Shown: positions 59,417 to 64,000 of the stretch, piece by piece
Layout of the letters: each line of letters opens with the position of its first letter
How positions within the stretch are numbered: position 1 is the stretch's first letter
Assembly: GCA_019058365.1 (NCBI GenBank)
Contig: JAHPZE010000004.1
Span: 230,469 to 294,468 of the forward strand
Length of the DNA: 64,000 nt
Source: Promethearchaeota archaeon
GTDB lineage: Archaea; Asgardarchaeota; Lokiarchaeia; Sigyniarchaeales; SOKP01
Reading direction: 5' to 3'
The notes under the pieces: generated by a model
What the model was told of the DNA's origin: nothing
The model's database searches: none
The model's input: the letters and a program-made list of their open reading frames with translations, nothing else
Made by a program: the position numbers and the translations under genes

Positions 59417-59582
59417 GAATCTTATTTGAATTTGGGTTTTTTAAAATTAATTTTGGAAAATAAGTATATATTAGTAATATAATACAAAATTAAAAAATTT
59501 TACTTTTTTATTAAGATTCTACATTTTTTCCTTTTTAGAAATATATTTATGATCAAGTCTAAAAATTTGTGTTTTTTTCTAA

Positions 59583-59963
59583 TTAGAGAGGAATATTATC
59601 TATTTTTAAAATTTCTGGAACCCTATTTTTTCGTTCAAGCCAAGAAATCTCATGCTTCATATATCTCCAAGTAATCTCACACTTCCCCATTTTATCTGTT
59701 GTTTCTGTTTCCCAATCCCATGGATTCACTATAACAAGATCAGCTAATCTTATCCATACCCTTTTCTTGATTTTTCCCCGTATCCTACCTATTCTATGTT
59801 TACCATCCTCGCAGAAAACTTCCATTCGATCATTTCCTAAAATTCCTACCACTCGTCCAAACATTTCTCCTAATTTTTTACTAGGGAATTTTACTCGAGT
59901 GACTACGGGCTCTTCTTGAACACCTCTTTTTTTTCCTTTTGCTTTTCCTTTTTTTTTTGCCAT
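59583..59963 (-). CDS. eif1a: Translation initiation factor aIF-1A/eIF1A
   Basis: GEMFGRVVGILG...CEDGKHRIGRIRGKIKKRVWIR...DLVIV.PW...WRY. Confidence 0.95.
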   Translation of the reverse strand: MAKKKGKAKGKKRGVQEEPVVTRVKFPSKKLGEMFGRVVGILGNDRMEVFCEDGKHRIGRIRGKIKKRVWIRLADLVIVNPWDWETETTDKMGKCEITWRYMKHEISWLERKNRVPEILKIDNIPL

Positions 59964-59998
59964 ATTTTCTTTACTCTCTTTTAAAACAAATTATTAAT

Positions 59999-60334
59999 CT
60001 AGATCTTATCATCAGGTTTATATTCTCCTTTAATAAAAACAACTTTTATTGGTTTTTCAGAATCATTTCTAATGTTGTGCATTTCTTTTGGTTCGCAAAG
60101 AAACACAGTTCCTTCTTTTGCCTCATATTCTTTATTATCAATAATCATAACACCGTTACCTTCTATGAAGAAAAATGTTTCATCTATAATGTTATGCCCA
60201 TGCGATTTTTCACCCATGTATTCACCTGGTTTAAGTAATATAACTCCCCAGTCTATGGAAGGGCCTCTCATCAAGTATTTAACTCCAGAACTTCCACCTC
60301 TGTACTCAAAATCATTTTCATGAACTTTTTTGAT
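59999..60334 (-). CDS. Cupin-domain protein
   Basis: KKVHENDFEYRGGSSGVKYLMRGPSIDWG...HGHNIIDETFF...EPKEMH. Start inferred at ATC 60334. Confidence 0.85.
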   Translation of the reverse strand: MKKVHENDFEYRGGSSGVKYLMRGPSIDWGVILLKPGEYMGEKSHGHNIIDETFFFIEGNGVMIIDNKEYEAKEGTVFLCEPKEMHNIRNDSEKPIKVVFIKGEYKPDDKI

Positions 60335-60515
60335 AGTAACTCACCAATACGTTGAATTATATTATAAAACAAATTATCTAAATTAAATTATAAATCTTAC
60401 TCATTATAGAAAGAATAAAAATTTGATAACCTTAATTAATATGCATTTTTTTGTAAAATAAAATGAAATAGATCTTATGAATTTAACGAGTAAATAGAAA
60501 TGGAAGTGCAGAATA

Positions 60516-61703
60516 ATGATCTCTACTTTCAATTTTGCTAATATCCCTCAGATCATTTTTGGAGCTGGAAAGCTAAATGAACTTTATAGCATTATTCCTA
60601 AATTCGGAAATGAGGTATTATTTGTTATTGGTGGAAGTTCTCTCCACCAATCGGGAAAATGGAATGAAATTACTGCTATATTAGAAAGTAAATCAATCAA
60701 TTTTTCATCAATATCAATTTCGAGTGAACCATCTCCTAGTCTAATTGACGATACTGTAGCAAGATTTAGAAATAAACCCCTCAACTTAATAGTTGCTATT
60801 GGTGGAGGGAGTGTTACTGATGCAGGAAAAGCAATTTCTGCTATGTTAACAAAAGAAGATTCAATCAAAAATTATCTTGAAGGAGTTGGAAATAAAATTC
60901 ATGATGGTAAGAAAATACCTTATATAGCCATCCCTACTACTTCTGGAACTGGGAGTGAAGCTACAAAAAATGCCGTTATTAGTGAATTAGGACCTAAAGG
61001 TTTTAAAAAATCACTTCGTCATGATAATTTAGTTCCTAATATTGCCATTGTTGATCCTGAACTTATGATTTCATGTCCACCGTCAGTTTCAGCAGCATGT
61101 GGAATGGATGCCTTTACTCAACTTCTTGAATCATATGTTTCTCCAAAAGCAAGTTCAATAACAGATGCATTAGCTTTTAGTGGTATGAAATATATAAGTG
61201 AAAATATTTTGTTAGCATGCTCAAGTGGAGCATCTGATGTGAATGTTAGGGCGGGGATGGCATATGGGTCACTAATGTCTGGAATCACTCTTGCTAATGC
61301 TGGGTTAGGAATAATTCACGGTCTTGCTTCTCCAATTGGAGGTCTTTTTAATATTCCACATGGTGTAGTATGTGGTACTCTTCTTTCTGAAGCAACGAAA
61401 ACGAATATTGAAATATTGAAAAATCAAGGATCAAAAGGTAAACTAGCATTAATGAAGCATGCTCAAATAGGTGCCTTATTATCAAGTGAATATCATATAG
61501 AAGAGGAGAAAATACTTGATTATTGTACAAGTCTAATAGAAACACTTGAAATATGGACTAACGATTTAAAAATTGATCATTTAGGAAAATATGGTATTGA
61601 GATGAAAGATGTTGACAAAATAGTAGAAAAAGCGGATTTAAAAAACAATCCGGTAAATTTAAGTAATGAAAATATTAAAAATATCGTTCTGAGTAGACTA
61701 TAA
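60516..61703 (+). CDS. Iron-containing alcohol dehydrogenase
   Basis: IIFGAG, EPS, GGGSVTDAGK, IPTTSGTGSEAT, DAFTQLLE, HGLA...IPHG. Confidence 0.94.
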   Translation: MISTFNFANIPQIIFGAGKLNELYSIIPKFGNEVLFVIGGSSLHQSGKWNEITAILESKSINFSSISISSEPSPSLIDDTVARFRNKPLNLIVAIGGGSVTDAGKAISAMLTKEDSIKNYLEGVGNKIHDGKKIPYIAIPTTSGTGSEATKNAVISELGPKGFKKSLRHDNLVPNIAIVDPELMISCPPSVSAACGMDAFTQLLESYVSPKASSITDALAFSGMKYISENILLACSSGASDVNVRAGMAYGSLMSGITLANAGLGIIHGLASPIGGLFNIPHGVVCGTLLSEATKTNIEILKNQGSKGKLALMKHAQIGALLSSEYHIEEEKILDYCTSLIETLEIWTNDLKIDHLGKYGIEMKDVDKIVEKADLKNNPVNLSNENIKNIVLSRL

Positions 61704-61730
61704 ATATGAAAATTTTGAGATATTATGCCA

Positions 61731-62246
61731 TTATAGATCTTTTACAAGTTCTTTTGCTAATAGTTCAAAAGCTAAATTCACATTCTCCCCAGTCTTAGAA
61801 GATATTTTTAAATAATTAAAAAAGTCATATTTCTTTATAAATTGTGAAGTAAATTCATCATCAATCGTAGTTACTTCGATTAAATCCAATTTAGTCCCTA
61901 AAAATATAATTGGAATATCTGGATTATTTTGCCTACAAATATTTACCCACTGGTCAATTCGGTGTAAACTTGATAGTCTGGTGAGATCAAATAGCAATAA
62001 TGCTCCTCTCGCTCCCGTCGCATAATCTTTTAATAGAGGTCTAAAATGTTCTTGACCTCCAAAATCCCATATTTGAAGCAAAATTCTTTTCCCATCAATT
62101 TTCAATTCTTTTAAATGAAATTGTACACCTATAGTCATCAAAGTATCGGGAAGGAAAACACCCTCTATGTATCTGTGCAAGAGAGTGGTTTTACCGACAC
62201 CACCATCACCTGCCGTAATAACCTTCAAGAGTATGGGTTTTGACAT
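61731..62246 (-). CDS. Rab-like small GTPase
   Basis: GDGGVGKT, TIG, WDFGGQE, GTKLD, SSKTG. Confidence 0.93.
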   Translation of the reverse strand: MSKPILLKVITAGDGGVGKTTLLHRYIEGVFLPDTLMTIGVQFHLKELKIDGKRILLQIWDFGGQEHFRPLLKDYATGARGALLLFDLTRLSSLHRIDQWVNICRQNNPDIPIIFLGTKLDLIEVTTIDDEFTSQFIKKYDFFNYLKISSKTGENVNLAFELLAKELVKDL

Positions 62247-62366
62247 TCGTTTTCCTCATATTTATAAAATAGTTAAGAGATTTCAAATATTGATTAAACT
62301 AAAGATTACTAAAGTAATAATATTCTAAGTTGAAACTTTAAAATGATCAAACAATTTTATATTTTT

Positions 62367-62810
62367 TTAAGCTCTCTCAATGGATAAAAATTTCTTTTGT
62401 CTTAAAAAAATTGTGCTAATGTTTAACTTTTTCGCTTTTCTACGCAATTCTGAATCATTTGTTGCTAAATATAAATTTTGACCTTCATTCTGAAGTTCTT
62501 TTAACATTCTTAATAAAAAACCATCAGTAGTTTCAATGTCTTTTTTAACATCTTCTCTTATTTCAATGTTGAACTTTTCTATATTCTTGTTTAGATATAA
62601 TAAACCGTTTTCAAGCAACCTTATAAAGTTAGCGCGTTTTGGCGCTCTCCTTCTTTTAGAATCTAATTCATCTAAAATTTGTTGAAATATAATAAATCTT
62701 AATTTTCCTTCAACATTTAATCTAATTTCATTAAAATAATCTATTTTAAATTGAAAAGGAAGCAAAATGAAATTAGAATCTAGAATTATTAAATTACTAA
62801 TAGAATTCAA
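62367..62810 (-). CDS. PIN-domain nuclease (Fcf1/Utp24-like)
   Basis: IILDSNFILLPFQFKID...ILDEL...TDG...LATNDSELRRKAK...LRQK. Confidence 0.85.
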   Translation of the reverse strand: MNSISNLIILDSNFILLPFQFKIDYFNEIRLNVEGKLRFIIFQQILDELDSKRRRAPKRANFIRLLENGLLYLNKNIEKFNIEIREDVKKDIETTDGFLLRMLKELQNEGQNLYLATNDSELRRKAKKLNISTIFLRQKKFLSIERA

Positions 62811-63328
62811 TAGGCTTGACGCTCTAATATTTTTCTTGTTAAAAGATTAAAAGCTTCTGCAACATTTTCGCCTGTTTTTGAAGAGATTTTCATAAAATCA
62901 ATTAAATCGAATTCATTTAAAAATGACGTTGCATAATCATCATCAACCATAATCTCATTGCCTAAATCCAATTTTGTGCCTATAAAGAGAACGGGAAGAT
63001 TTGGGTCGCCTTTACGTACAATCTTGATCCATTGATGCAAATTCTCCAAAGTGGTTATGCGAGTAAGATCAAACATCAGTAGTGCTCCCTTTGCCCCTAA
63101 TACATAACTCTCAAGCAAAAAACGGAATCGTTCTTGCCCTCCAAAATCCCAGAGTTGCAATGTGCACTGTTTGGAATCTATTACTGTTTCTTTCAAAAAG
63201 AATTCAACACCAATTGTCATTTTTGTATCAGCTGAAAATCGCCCTTCTACATACCTATGTAAAAGTGTTGTTTTTCCAACGCCACCTTCACCTGCTGTCA
63301 ATATTTTCAGTATAAATTTTTGTGGCAT
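62807..63328 (-). CDS. Rab-like small GTPase
   Basis: GEGGVGKT, TIGVEF, WDFGGQERF, GTKLD, SSKTG; its stop overlaps the PIN start (TTGA). Confidence 0.94.
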   Translation of the reverse strand: MPQKFILKILTAGEGGVGKTTLLHRYVEGRFSADTKMTIGVEFFLKETVIDSKQCTLQLWDFGGQERFRFLLESYVLGAKGALLMFDLTRITTLENLHQWIKIVRKGDPNLPVLFIGTKLDLGNEIMVDDDYATSFLNEFDLIDFMKISSKTGENVAEAFNLLTRKILERQAY

Positions 63329-63630
63329 TCTTATAATCTCTTCTCAATTTTTGGGCAATCAGATTTCATTATTAATATTCTAGAGCTTCTTTTTTAAGAT
63401 GACCAATTTTATATATTATAAATATAATCTTTATACGAATTAATATTCTTTTTTGAAACTATAATTTGAATCTAATTTATTTGAATAATTTTTTATTTTA
63501 GTGTTTTATTGTTTTTTTCAAATTTAAATCATTAAAAAAGATTTTGAAAATAAATCTTATTAATGTCTGTATAATATTTCCCAGTCTTTTTTTAGAAAAA
63601 TTAATAGGTATTGACATAATGTGATAAATT

Positions 63631-63924
63631 ATGAAAATGAAAAAGAAAAGTCCGACCGAAGGAGATTTGGAAAAATTAAATGTAAAATCATGGGGAACAT
63701 GGAGCAAGGAAGTCAGTGAATTTGATTGGTCTTATGGTGATACAGAAACGTGTTTTATTTTAGATGGAGAAGTGGAAGTTACAGATTCAGATACTGGGGA
63801 AAAAATTGAATTTAAGAGGGGGGATCTAGTCCAATTTGAAAAAGGATTAAAGTGCGTTTGGAATGTAAAAAGGCCAATAAGAAAACATTATAGTTATGAT
63901 TTAGATTTTGGCGAAATTGACTAG
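63631..63924 (+). CDS. Cupin (DUF861-like) protein
   Basis: W.KEVSEFDWSY...ETCFILDGEV...GDLVQF.KGLKCVW.V...IRKHY. Confidence 0.88.
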   Translation: MKMKKKSPTEGDLEKLNVKSWGTWSKEVSEFDWSYGDTETCFILDGEVEVTDSDTGEKIEFKRGDLVQFEKGLKCVWNVKRPIRKHYSYDLDFGEID

Positions 63925-64000
63925 ATTAAAACATTTTTTTATTTCTTTAGTATCTAAGTATTTATTTTTTTTTCTATTTTTTTCCGTGTTCGGGGAGCCG

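Noticed and set aside
63984-64000. GC-rich CCGTGTTCGGGGAGCCG at the window edge, possibly part of a structured RNA gene
   Set aside because: Only 17 nt are visible, so it cannot be identified.
1-64000. CRISPR array, rRNA, provirus or autonomous transposase
   Set aside because: No regularly spaced repeats, long GC-rich RNA genes, or viral or transposase motifs were recognised.

Overview
AT-rich archaeal chromosome segment, most likely from an Asgard archaeon (Lokiarchaeia). This rests on four Rab-like small GTPase genes, a longin-roadblock fusion, two secreted proteins with IPGF/IPGY-TM-basic C-termini (Loki-CTERM-like), CdhD, archaeal Spt5 and aIF-1A, and GGTGA-type Shine-Dalgarno (SD) sites. 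Housekeeping content: an hsp20-cdc48-ArsR heat-shock cluster, dapA/dapB/lysA/dapF, cdhD, an aldehyde:ferredoxin oxidoreductase (AOR), an Hrq1/MrfA-like helicase, three acyl-CoA dehydrogenase paralogs and an intron-containing tRNA-Pro(TGG). Most notable observations: (1) a stand-alone circularly permuted Rab-like GTPase with motif order G3-G4-G5-G1-G2 (50467-51135); (2) a 1484-bp transposase-free cargo element with imperfect GGGTA terminal inverted repeats and a perfect 8-bp target-site duplication (17787-19270); (3) three independent loci where accessory genes lie between a gene's 3' end and a second, diverged copy of that 3' end; (4) at least three genes that appear to need ATA/ATT/ATC starts placed at normal SD spacing; (5) a candidate double-guide C/D-box sRNA enclosed by a 17-bp inverted repeat between dapB and lysA; (6) gene-conversion-like mosaicism among the acyl-CoA dehydrogenases. 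All family assignments come from motif recognition by eye; no database searches were run.
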